The notes under the pieces: model-generated | The model's database searches: none | The model's input: the letters and a program-made list of their open reading frames with translations, nothing else | Told to the model about the DNA's origin: nothing | Translations under genes and position numbers: made by a program | Origin: Raillietiella orientalis | Lineage: Eukaryota | Assembly: GCA_036172245.1 (NCBI GenBank) | Contig: JAYWIR010000047.1 | Coordinates: 1,240,001 to 1,304,000 of the forward strand | DNA: 64,000 nucleotides | Direction: 5' to 3' | Shown: positions 21,857 through 40,347 of the stretch, piece after piece | Layout of the letters: each line of letters opens with the position of its first letter | How positions within the stretch are numbered: the first letter of the stretch is position 1

Positions 21857-24608
21857 AAGGAGGGAACGACCGACACCAAACATCCCTGTCCCCATATTTT
21901 TATTCATATTTTTTATAGGTGTATTTGTGGTCCCCTCCCTCCCGTTCCGGATTTACCGACCTGCGTGTCGGGGTTCCGTCCCTCCGTTTTTCTGTACCGT
22001 TGTATAGTTGAGTAATAAACGCCCCTGCGCACCCGGGTAAGAAACAGATGGGAATTGTAGTTGTTTTAGTGATTCATGGGGCACGCCTACGAATTGACAT
22101 GACTCGTCCTCTGCATGCCAAAGCTGGTAGCAGTGAGAGTTGCATTCATTCGAGAGAGAGCTCCCGTGTGGACACTTGGAAGCTGGTCGTATCCCAGTGT
22201 AAGAAAGAGGGTCTTTTGTACATTCGAGTCCTTCGATGATTATTTTCATCTAGAGTATTAGAAGATCAAACGTTAGGCAGTCACCCTTCCACTTGCATCC
22301 TTATTAACCATATCCAGTACAGATGGATAGACGATGATTTTTTCATGCTCCGTGATTATTTTCATGGAACCGTTATAATTTGTGAACCTTTTAAATTGGG
22401 CGCTTTACTCGGAAGGCAACTTTCACACCAACGTGGTCTTCCTTTGTCTGTCTCCGAGCTTTTCAGCAGGCCTGGGGACCATGAGTTGAATTAGAGTGAA
22501 CTGTAAACTCTTGAGCTTTCCTTCGCAGGCTTTCCTGCCCCTGTATACATAAGCGCATAATTCACATCATTCGAGATGAAAACATGAACTTGCAGATATT
22601 GAAGCAAACTGACATCATTTTACGAAAGCGGGAAGATGGTGACTTTTTCATTGGCGCAGTACACAAAACTGTTGGATGCTGCAACGACCTCCTCCAGCCT
22701 GTGTACGGAGTGTGCTCTTGTGCACAAACCAGCGAGTGAGGACCAAACGAAAACCAAAAGCATATCGAGGAATCTCAGTGTTACATGAACATATTAGAGG
22801 AACAGAGAGGTCTCATGTCTTTTGTAACATAACCGAACCATTAATAAAACTTTCTCATTTTTATTACTAAAGTAATCCAGTGATCCCAGTGCGCTACGAA
22901 ATGCCGGTCATGAAAGCATTTAGGGCATCACAATGTTGTTATCACAGAGAAAAGATAGCTTGTGAGAAAAAATGAACAACAGAGAAAAAAAAAAGAAAAA
23001 GTTTTGTTGGAGTGCAACATCCGTTTGGCTGGCTAATTTCATTCATCGTTCGGGATCTTTCCATTCGTGTCACTTGTACATTAGAGAAATGGTTTCTCGG
23101 TTTCGACTGAAACTTTTTAAAAGAAAAAAAAATTAAAAATAGCGTGCTAAGGAATTCCAGCATGTTTATAAATATCGCTTTCAATTATTGAATCACAGGT
23201 TTTAATAGAATTCCTATAAATAACAGAAACGAATAGATAATGGAGTCCGTTGGAGGTACCAACAACAATCGAGAAATGAATTGAGGAGGTCAACATTAAA
23301 TGTAGAGTGATCCACTTCCACAGGAACAAGACTTCCTCACTACAAAAGCAAATGAACTTTAGGGAGCTTCCCTTAGCAATCAACTTGGAATTGCTAGAAT
23401 CTAGGATGCATTTTGTTCTTCGTAATTCTAATAGGTTGAGGGAGGCAACGTCAACTTTGCAACAAGGCCAAAGATTGGTATCTAAAAGAACACTTTGTCT
23501 GATCCAAACTGAGGTCAAGGTTCCGTTGGACTTCCGTACCCGTAAAAAGCAATTCATGCTTTTCATGTTGAAGTATGTATTATTATCCATCTCAAGAACG
23601 AAGTTTTTAGTGATAGAGGTAGAGAGATTTGACAGTAACTAGTATTAAAATTAGAATTTGTATTTGTTTTGGTTCAGCTGTCGTTTTCATTCCTCTTCTT
23701 CAGAGACGGTGAATTAAATCAAAGAAAAATGGAGTAAAACAAATGTAATTTGAATAAAAAGGTGACAGTTTGTTGGAGATTCATTTCCAAGATATCAAGT
23801 GGATATGAAGGATATCCATGATCCAAAAAGATTTCGATAAATGTAATATAGTAAATGAATATTAAAGATATTTTTTTTCTAAAACAAGGAGGCGAATTCC
23901 CAACTTCATTCTATAACACGGAAGTACCAACTGCCACAAAAGTGGCAAGTCTGTTTAAATTAAATTTCAAAAAGAAAGTTTCCATTTAGGCAGAGAAGAG
24001 AACATATGGATGTTATGCTTTCTCATTGTCAACTGTCAGAAGGTTTTCATTTGATTTTTCTTTCTGGATTCTCAACCAAAAAAGGGAAGGAAAAAAAAAA
24101 GAAAAACATTCTTTGTATGGTGAAATCCGTTTATCATCATCCTTTGCGATCTTTTGCCATCTACTTGCTCCTCCCTTTGTTTTCAATCTTCCCTGTTTTC
24201 AAATGCTTGATCATGTCTCTTTCCAATGACAATAGACATTTCCCACCTTGTCAAGATTTATTTTCTGAATATTTCGCTTAAATTTTAAAGTGCAAAATGA
24301 ATGTTTCTGATAATTTAAATTCTCATGAGAACACTTGACAGGTAAACACTTGCACTTTGTGTTAATGTGTGGACATCGCACTGCTTCTATTTCGATTCGA
24401 AATTACGGAGGCATAAGAATGCTCCACAAAAAGTATCTTGATGATAAAAAAAAAATGCCTCTGCAAAATTGGGTTTTCGGCTCGAGATATTCATTAAAGA
24501 CATGAATCGGATTACTTGGCTATTCTGAGTCCTATACCTGGAGGGAATGTTTGAAATCAAAACAGCCGATAGTCGGTTGGCATTGTATGGTATTAAGAGC
24601 ATATCGTT

Positions 24609-26849
24609 ATGTTGTGTAGTGTTGGTGAGTGTATTAAACTTTGGAACGATGATTCTCTTCTGTTGCAGAATAAATCAAACTCCTTGGAAGGTATAAGTTC
24701 ATCACTTGTATTGCTACTTAAGATGAAGCTTCAACGAACTGTTTTGCTTTTTCATTTGATTTGGAATCTGTGTAAGAGGGAAAAGAAAAATAGGGTACTA
24801 TTTATACTCGTTGGAATTTTTGCTAATTTAACCAATTTGCAACCTTCATTTCAAAGACGTAATCACAGTTACTATAATCATCAAGCGAATCTGCAAGTTC
24901 GTGGCACCCTGAGTACCGATAATTTTGTTGTTTTTGAGATAATGGCTTCCATAATAGAGATACATAATAGAGCAACGTATCGTTTCTGTTTTCATTATTT
25001 ATTTAAATGTGTTTCCCAACATCTCATATACATAGTTGTTATTAGGACCATTAATTGATATGTGCTGGAGCCATGATTCTACATATATAGCGACGGTATC
25101 ACAGAAGCTATGGAAAGCCGCCTTGAATACCAGTTCCGATAATACATTCTACATGTTTCCAATGGTAACAGCTTGTAGCAAAATGGCAGCTGATGGTACG
25201 TTTACCACATCCATGTTTTTTTTAGAACAACATTACCTCCATTTGCTTCTCATCAATTACAAAACGACAAGTTTTTCTGGGAACTTCAGAAGGACAAATA
25301 TTTCTTTGGGACCTTAAAGAAAAATGTTTAACTCATTCATTCTACGTAAGTTGCATTTAAAAAAAATCTCTTGCAGAGCATCATCTTTAGAGTACTACAT
25401 CCAGAATCAGATGTGTGACGCCAAATTATAATGACACTTATTTTTGTGGTGGATGCAATGATGGTTCAGTTGTATTGTACCAGATGGAATCTAAAAAGCT
25501 TGTGCAATTCCTTGCAAACGATTTGCAGGTGAGATTTCTTAACAGACATGAGTATTAAGTCTATCTGCAGGCTCTTAATTGTCTTCGATTTAGTCCTATT
25601 TCCCATGGGACTTTAGGATGTGCATCTGAGTGTGGAGCTGCATGCATTTGGGACCTGCAAAGTCTGAAGCCATTGGCTAGAATAACAGCACATCATGCTG
25701 CTGCCAAAGACTTGTGCTTCTCGCCTGTGAATGAATCCGTTTGGATTTCTGTTGGTTTAGATCAGCACCTGATATTACATGATCTTCGTGATTCCAGGTG
25801 AATTTTTAGAATGCAAGAATTGCTTTTGTATTCATTCATCCTTGTTTTCTAGTCATGCTGTGCCACATAAAACAGCTTCTCCTCTGAACACAGTGGATAT
25901 GCATCCTGATGGTAAAATATTAGTACTGGGTACGGTTAAGGGAGAGATAGATTTGCGAGACTGGCGTTTTCTACGAAGTTCTCTTAAAACTATAACAGCG
26001 CACCTTAGTGCAGTGGAACGCCTGCGTTTTGAGCCACAACTTTCTAAAATGTGCATATCACAAGTAATAGTTAATTTTTGTCTTGCAGCAATGTGTTTGT
26101 TAGAATTCTAGTGCCTCTTCAAGTTTTCATCTACCCAAAATGTTTATTCCGAATTTCAAGAGAATGCAGTCTGGAGATCTAAGTCATGTGTCACAAGAAA
26201 ATAATGCTGCAAATTTATTGTGTCACAGACGTGATTCTTATGTAGATCATAAACTAACCACTGGATCCTCGTCAGAATCAGCTGCATGTCTTGCAGTGAG
26301 AACTATGGATTCCATGGGTATGTTCAGATAAAAATACTTGAGCATATTGCTACAGAGACCATAGAAGGAATCTTCACTCCGGATTCAAGTTGCTTTGTGG
26401 CCGCAGTTGATGGTTTTGCGAAAACCGTACCCAATAACCAAGAGCTTCACTCATCTGATAAAAGAATAACTAATTTTGCATCAAACGAATTTTTGTCTGT
26501 AAATGTTGCAGACTTGTTGCATTCCAGCCCTATACAGCAACAAGTTACCGATTCTCCTGGAATGCCACAAGTACCAAATTATTCCGGTGTCTTGGGAAAA
26601 AAATGTGCAGAGACCTTGTCTACTGTGCCAGCTGCATCACCCCCAGTGCATGTACCTACACCCTCAGTTCCCCCTAGACTTGACCCTGAATCAGATTCCA
26701 AACAAACATGTCTTCCAACAGAAGATATTACTAGATGTCTGGAAATATTTATGGAAGATCTGCGAGATGAGTTGCGCCAGCAAGTGTGGGATATTAAGGT
26801 ATCCATCATTCGTTTACTCAACACATTGCAATCACCCAACAGGCATTAG
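24609..26849 (+). CDS. NEDD1: NEDD1/GCP-WD, gamma-tubulin ring complex targeting WD40 protein (multi-exon)
   Basis: First exon MLCSVGECIKLWND, then CWSHDS. WD40 repeats include PLNTVDMHPDGKILVLGTVKGEIDLRDWRFLRSSLKTITAHLSAVERLRF. The C-terminal helix EIFMEDLRDELRQQVWDIKVSIIRLLN resembles the NEDD1 gamma-tubulin-binding tail. Introns are GT-AG. Confidence 0.85.
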
Positions 26850-26876
26850 AGATGCATTAATATTGTTTATTGATAT

Positions 26877-33167
<6,291 letters not shown>

Positions 33168-34829
33168 TTTACTTTCTCATAGTTCTGAAAATACAAAAAA
33201 AAATTGCATATTTTTTTAAGGATCATAATAGTTTCCACTATAATAGTTTTCCTCCAACCAATTGGTTATCCAAGCACATAAATGTCAAAAAAGAGACAAA
33301 TCAGTTATATTTTATCAAAAAACAAAAAAAACTTTATATAAAACTTTTTTGCAGTCTTGCATGCTGAAATTAGCTTTTTGAAACCTCGCAGATCAGCGTT
33401 CATCAAAAGTGATGATTATGAATGATTGGATATCAAGGCTCAGTAATAGCACAAGCCAACTCTCAAGAAAAACATACTGGAAACAGAAGTTTCCGTTTAC
33501 AATGCCTGAAGGCAAAGAAACTTATTTTTCGGATAACTTTTTGTAATTATAAATGCATTCCTCGGCTATAAGACTTCCACAGTACATTCAACATACTAGT
33601 AGTGAGCTTAAAATTGAAAAGGTCGATACCTTTTCATTATACCACCCAGTTAACGGAACATTTCAAAATTATGTTTGTCCAAATTAAAAATGAAAGAGCA
33701 AAGTAACAGCAAAGTGTTGTGGGTGAAACATCTTGTATTTTGGACATAGGATTCTAAGAAAGGAAATGATCTTTATTATCTGCAGAGAATCATGTTAATA
33801 CAAAACAAAAACAAATGAAATGCGCATTTTCAAACTAAAAGAATTTTCAAATACTAGAATTGCATTACTTCATCAGAATTTCAAGACGCAAACATGTTAA
33901 AAGGCATAAATAATTTTTTGATGCAGAACATTCAACTATCTTGACAAGAAAATGCCAATACGAATCTATGAATTTAATTTAAATCCTTCAATCCATACAT
34001 TGTTCAAATGGATGCCAAAATGCTCAAAAATAGTTTGTATTGATGCACATCCTTTCACAAATGACAAACAATTGTGGCTACTTCATAAAAAGTTCAGATA
34101 AACTTAAACTGTATGTAAGTGAGCCAAAAATATGATATCAAGGAAGCAAGTGTAAAAGTGTGTTAGTTTTTTTTGTGCAATAATCTGGTAATCCGGGAAA
34201 ACAATTCAAAAATCATGCAATGATATCTTAACGAATAACTGTACAGGTTTCTTGCATGAATATTCTTTTATAAACGAAAAAATCGATACCTAAATACATC
34301 CAAGAAAAAGGTATTCAAATCTGCAAAAGGAATACAAAATGATTTAAAATAACATTCAAGTATTTCCAAACCATTACTATATTAAAATACGTTAGTCATT
34401 AATACACAAAATCATCACTTCACAAATGTGGTCATGATGAATTATAAGGAATCATTTAACAAAAACAATGCAATCTTGATTATAACACGTTTTTAAGTGC
34501 AAAGCTCCTTCACCATTTACTTTAGCACATGTAATCACAAATTTATACAACAGTCAAGAACTTATAACTCTTCCTTTTAACCATGAAAATTCTTTTAACA
34601 TGAAATTTCTAAATTAAGTTTAGTTAATCCAAATTACACTACATATTCACCACTATTCATTAAAATTTGCAGTAGATTAATAGAAACATAAAAGAACATT
34701 CAAATAGTGCTTCAAGCAGATAAAGTTCTTTCAAAAGATCTGCATATTCATTCTAATGGCTCTATTTGGGATTTTAAACCATGATATTTGTACTTGAAGA
34801 TGTTGGAATAGTCTCACCATCTTCACATT

Positions 34830-35238
34830 CATAAAACACTCCTTTCTTCACTGTTCATATGATTAACTGTTTCACTGGTGCTTTGAAGACCAAAGATCAC
34901 AAGATTAAGGGAATCATCAAAGTCCAATGACAAATTGTGTACTCTGTTTATGTGCATCCAATAAAGATCAAGGCAAAGAAAAGATGAAGTCATATACTGC
35001 ACGCCTGAAAGTTCTGTCCTGGGTATGGATGCATTCATGAATAACCAGCTTGCTCCTATTAACAAAAGGTTTATTGCAATAAGTACACATGTAGCAATTC
35101 TCATGAAGCATATTGTGCCTGCACAATGTAACTATTCCCATTAATGACACTTTACAAAAGGAACACTGATGTAACTATGCATGAGAACTATAATAAACCA
35201 ACATGTGTTTGAGGCATCTATATGCCCTGCCACACACA
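34830..35238 (-). pseudogene. degenerate C2H2 finger array downstream of the zinc-finger ORF
   Basis: The finger FSCDVCGRAYRCLKHMLVYYSSHA* (starting just inside the main ORF's 3' end) and the following HQCSFCK...HNMLH and YMCTYCNKPFVNRSKLVIHECIH lie out of frame with the main ORF and are separated by stops. Confidence 0.55.
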
Positions 35239-37077
35239 TCACAAGAAAATGAAAGTTCTTTGGTATGCATTGGCATACAGATATCCAGCTGACTGTATAT
35301 TTTGAAAGCTTCCTGAGTCACAGCACAAACTACATTCACATCTCTGTTTATGTTCAACTGCTTCTTGTTGAATGACGAACCACTGTATACAGTGAGGAAC
35401 ACATTTACATGGTTCAGATGCATCAGGAGTAGTAAATGTGTATCTATGGCTGCCCTTGCTTTCGTGGCATTTCATTTCTCTGAAAGTTTTAAAAGTCCAA
35501 TTACAAATCAAGCACAAGAAAGATAGAGAGGGATTATAGTGTTGGTTTGTATGAGCAGCCAGGCTCTTTTTGTTGGTAAAAACAAACCCACAGATGTTAC
35601 ACATTACCTTGTGGGACTTGAGATGTAAGTTGAGTTCGTCAGATGTCTCAAATGACTTTTTACAGCGAGTGCAAACGTAGTTTTCGTCAGGGCATGGCAA
35701 TGTTTTTTCCATAAATACGTCGATTTCCTTTGATATGTGACCATGATGTTGTTGAATATGCTGCTCAGTCTCCTGGGTAGGCACCAGTTCATCACACACA
35801 TTGCAAGTTCGGTTCACTGGAGTGTCAGAAGAACAGTGTTCTTCCTCAACAGACGAATTGCCTGCATCTTCAAAACCATCATCTCTTCCACCTGAACTAC
35901 TCCACTCAACTGTTTCTCCAACAATACGAGCCAATTCTTGCTCTAATTTGGAGTAATCCAAATCTGATTTTCCTTCAATAAATGCTTTATCGCTAGCATT
36001 AGAATTATTCTCCTGTGTTTTATCAACGTTTGCCTGAGAGGCTTCATTTGGTTCTACATTTCCCTTGGTGCTCATGCTAGAAAGACCATTAACATGCTCT
36101 TTCTCTTCTTCTGTTTTGGGAAAATCTGTACTGGGTGACTTCCAGTACTGGGCATCACTGGGAGATTTCAGTGGTTCCCTTGATTTCTTTTTTCTTCTAT
36201 TTGTATGAACATCATCTGGATTGAATCCATCTTTGTTTGCTTCTAAGAAACCGATTTTATTTCTTTTTGATGCCATAATTGATACTTTCAATCTTTTCAG
36301 TGGTGTTCCATCATTGGAAAACTTCAACTCTTCTATGCTTTCCCCTCTGAATTTCTTCCTCCTCTCCTTACAAGACAACATTTTGGATGTTGGTCTTTCT
36401 TCTTCTTTGTCACCAGACTGTAATATGTTGAATACATCTAACATTTCTGTTCTTGCTTTGCCTTACCTTGCTTTGGTTGTTCAAGGAGGTCAAAAGTCCT
36501 TCAGCATCAGACACCTCTAAATAAAAAAGTCTTCTAATTCCAATAATTTTAATCTTCATTTCAGAACTTTACCTGGAAGGAACGTTTCTTCTTGAGTTTT
36601 GATATCATCTTCTTTGAGTACATCATGTGTCTCCCACTGTTTCTCTCCAGTAGATTCAGCCTCCTTGTCTGATACTTTATTCCAAAACTCTGCATCACCT
36701 GTCCACATGTCTTCTAGATCCTCTTCATAATCTTCATAGAATTCGTCATCTTCAGAAGACTCAGAAGGTTCCTTGAGTTTGTTTTCGAAATTTGGAACAC
36801 TGCCAGAAATGTAAGGGAAAAAAATAAATTCCATGTATGGATAACTCCAGTAACGCAATTTCATTCCCAAAATCATGTCCTCAGTTGGTATGGATAACAA
36901 TCTCCCATGTCCATATTTGGTTTCCAATTGTTCTATAAGATCTTCTAAGCTTATGATATCATACTGAGCTTCAGATATAGTTTTATCGGAAACTTGAACC
37001 TCCACAGAAACTGTTACCACTTGTTCATAAACTTCACTAGGAAATGAATCAATGGTTTTAAATTTTTTACTCATCAT
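35239..37077 (-). CDS. C2H2 zinc-finger protein with acidic N-terminal region (multi-exon)
   Basis: ORFs 36556-37077 and 35239-36444 are joined through short introns and a small exon (~36466-36517). Fingers: CNVC...HIQQHH, YVCTRCKKSFETSDELNLHLKSH, CNICGFVFTNKKSLAAHTNQH, CLICNWTFKTFREMKCHE. Confidence 0.85.
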
Positions 37078-38023
37078 CTTTATGAACTGAGAACCTAATT
37101 TGCATTAGAAGAAAAAAAAATTCATTGAAAGAAATAGTTACTTTTACAAGCATGGTAAAATTTAAAGACAAATAAGAATAGCTATTTCAAATACAAACAT
37201 AAACTGTCTACACAAAATAATTCCCATATCATTCATTCCCACATATTAAATAATTAATGAATAGGTTCCTTTTTTTTGTGGCAAAGAATGCACTTTACAT
37301 ATCGATAATCAATATTTTTGTTATGTCCCACTTGTAACTACATAATCTTAAATTGTCCCTTGTGTTATCCACCTTTTTCTTAAATCATGCACAAACAAGC
37401 AGGCATTACTACGAAAAATCAGCATGACCTCTGAGTGACACAGGTTAGGAAATGATAATTTCACTACGTGTTTCATAAAATTCAACATTTTTGTAAGGGG
37501 GAATTATTTATCTAATTATGTTAATGTCTTTAAATGCTTAAAAAACACATACACATACAAAATGGTAATAATGGACAAAATGGACAATGGTTCCCAACGA
37601 TTTTAATACACTTGTCTAATTCGAATAACTCTCCAACCGCAGTTCAATTATCCTTAATCTAAACTCCTTGACTGCCTAAATTTCAATTCCTTCATGGCAC
37701 TCCACACATCTGCAAACACATACTCCATTCAGATGCATACTGCACCGTGGTGAGAATAAATGAGAATTGATGGGAATAATTAGTTGAGCACGACATCATG
37801 GTGAAAAATAAAATTATTCACCCGTATTCAATTATACAACGCTTAATGAAATTGTGCTTTTTCTTCCATCAACATTCACTGTTTGCTACTGAATTACAGT
37901 GCTTATTTTCGGAGTTGTTTTATAATCTCTACTACATACTCGTTACTTACAGTTGAAATGAGATTAAATTCTAATAAAAACTGAAACGATTTTATGGCCC
38001 GTGATGCTTCTATCGCGAACTAG

Positions 38024-38050
38024 AATTACACCAAAATTTTTGGTGTAATT
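38024..38050. repeat. 27 bp palindrome
   Basis: AATTACACCAAAA-T-TTTTGGTGTAATT. Confidence 0.85.
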
Positions 38051-39992
38051 TGAAATAAAAAATGGGATCGCATGCAACTCTGAATGCAAGAAAAGTACGC
38101 TACTTGGAGTTTGTCACATACACATATCATCTCCTATGAATTTATTGTGAAAATGATACATAGGCCATGGTCGTATTCAAGGGCACACTTTCAATTTCCT
38201 GTAGTCAGTGGTTCTTACATACTTTCGCACACTCTTGATTACATACGTAATGTGAAAAAGAAAAGGCTGGAAACTTTTCGTGGTGCAATTCAAAAACTGA
38301 TCCAACTCCCTCAATTTTATCATTGTCATGTGTTATTCACAACTTTAGATGATCTCCAACGTTTTCGGGATACGGTGTTGAATTGCAAGCATGTACACTG
38401 TAAACACCGACATTCATTTCACTTCAAAACAAAAAAACAAATACTACGTGGATAAATAACAACAAATGGAGTCAGTACCCTGAAACATTTGGCGACACGC
38501 TGAAAATATGTTTACTTTGAGGCATCGCAAGAACTAAAGTATTATGTAAGCATTACGACCGTGTACGAACAGTTACCGAGGCTTTTCATGCTATCTCACA
38601 TGATACATAGCTCCTCGGTTCTTTCCTTGCAAGTGAAAATTCCATGTTCCCACCTGTACGAATAAGTGTACAGCTTAGGCAGCAGAAAACGTTACACCAC
38701 ACACTTTCCTGGAAGCACACCGACGACGTTCAAACGGTGCGAGTGATTGCGCACCGTAACAATGGCACGATTGCTGCACTGAGAAACGGGGAAAATGGAC
38801 AGCAACCCAAATATTTCAAGGATGGAAATTTCACATATGCCTCCTTTTCCCATTTGCCCCCCTCTCATGAAATGCTCAGGTTGACGAACTCTTCCCATTG
38901 CCTGCTCATTTCATCTAAAGAATATACATTCGAAGCCGCAGAGCGTGAAAGCACTTTTTTAGCGTGCACCATATTTGTGTAACATGTGTGACATGCACAT
39001 GTAATATTTTGTGCCTTTAAAACTTGCTGGCTGCTATTAATAGAGTGGCCCTCTTCCTCCTTTTCCACAATTTTCCGAATATTGGACTTGCTGATGCATC
39101 AAACTCATGTTGGCAAATTAAATGATTACAAAACATGATGCAACAAATAGTTCCACGTGCTTCAAAGTTTGCACTTTATCCAAATATTTCTCAAGTGAAA
39201 AAAACAAAAAAATCCTTTTAGATTTTCTACATGGTATAAGAAACAAGGAACAAGTCTATTCATCATACGAATTTGACAAACATCTAAATGCAGAATTAGT
39301 AATCTTGACAAGTACTTGAACTGCTTTGTAATACGGAAGTAAGACTTGAGAATGCTTCAAAAAACCAAGATGACATGTCTTCTCATTCCCTATTACTTGG
39401 TGCACTGCTGTGAAAAGGAATCTCAACACCTTAAGGCAATGATAAAGTAATATTCTACAATGACCATCTACAATAAAAACCCCCGTTAGAAAACAAGCCG
39501 ACATAGATAAGTCCAAGTGTTTGAGGAAAAAAAAAAAAAAATAGATGAGAAAAAGAAAGGATGCTTCTGACATGAAAACTCCAGGAATCAAGGCATAGTT
39601 CCTCCTGAAAAAACTTAAAACGTCGAACTCTTTTAATTCGGCATACTTAGTTCCGAGTAGAGAAATTCCCAGGGCTCAATAATTATTCATATTGCTATAT
39701 TTCTTGTCCTTTCTCATTTCTAGATGGTTGCCCGTTGTTGATGTTGTATTTAACACTGTCTCACTCACTGATTTGAAATCCCCAACCCAATTTAGTACGT
39801 TTCATTCTCAAGAAACTGTTTTGCTTTATGTATATCGGCCGTTTCCGACCTGTGGTCTTCAATTTTTCTACAAGGTTCGAGAAGCGCTCTCAAAAACATG
39901 CAATCTCCATATTGAGAACTGCACTTTATTTGGTGTTAAAAAAAGTATTTTTGATACTAGTAATTACAAATTTAGCATAACAAAGCTTCGGG

Positions 39993-40026
<34 letters not shown>

Positions 40027-40316
40027 CCTCATACACACTTTTTAAAGCGAACTGTAAAGCATTATCAAGTGCAAAAGCCACAAGACCTCCGAAGCCATTA
40101 GCATAAATTAAGATGATATTGAGAAGCAATGAATAAATTAATGGATGTGGATGAGAACATTCAAATAAAAAGCCGAGGCGAAAGTTACTGAGAATTAAAA
40201 TGTTCTCAACGAGGAGCTTTTGCTGACGCTATGCTCGTAAGATGGCATGCGTTTGGATGGAATTTAAGCCATGTAAAGTGCCTTTGATTAATTTCTTTTA
40301 TACTATTATACTTATT

Positions 40317-40347
40317 GTTTATAAAGTAGTTTATCTACTTTATAAAC
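40317..40347. repeat. perfect 13 bp inverted repeat with 5 nt loop
   Basis: GTTTATAAAGTAG-TTTAT-CTACTTTATAAAC. Confidence 0.85.

Larger units (their letters stand above)
6300..21900. other. GC-rich, CpG-rich, gene-poor domain (interrupted by an AT-rich bacterial island at 14421-17201)
   Basis: Visibly high G+C with abundant CG dinucleotides and many overlapping R/P/G/S-rich spurious ORFs. It contrasts with the AT-rich, CpG-poor gene clusters on both sides. Boundaries are approximate. Confidence 0.8.
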
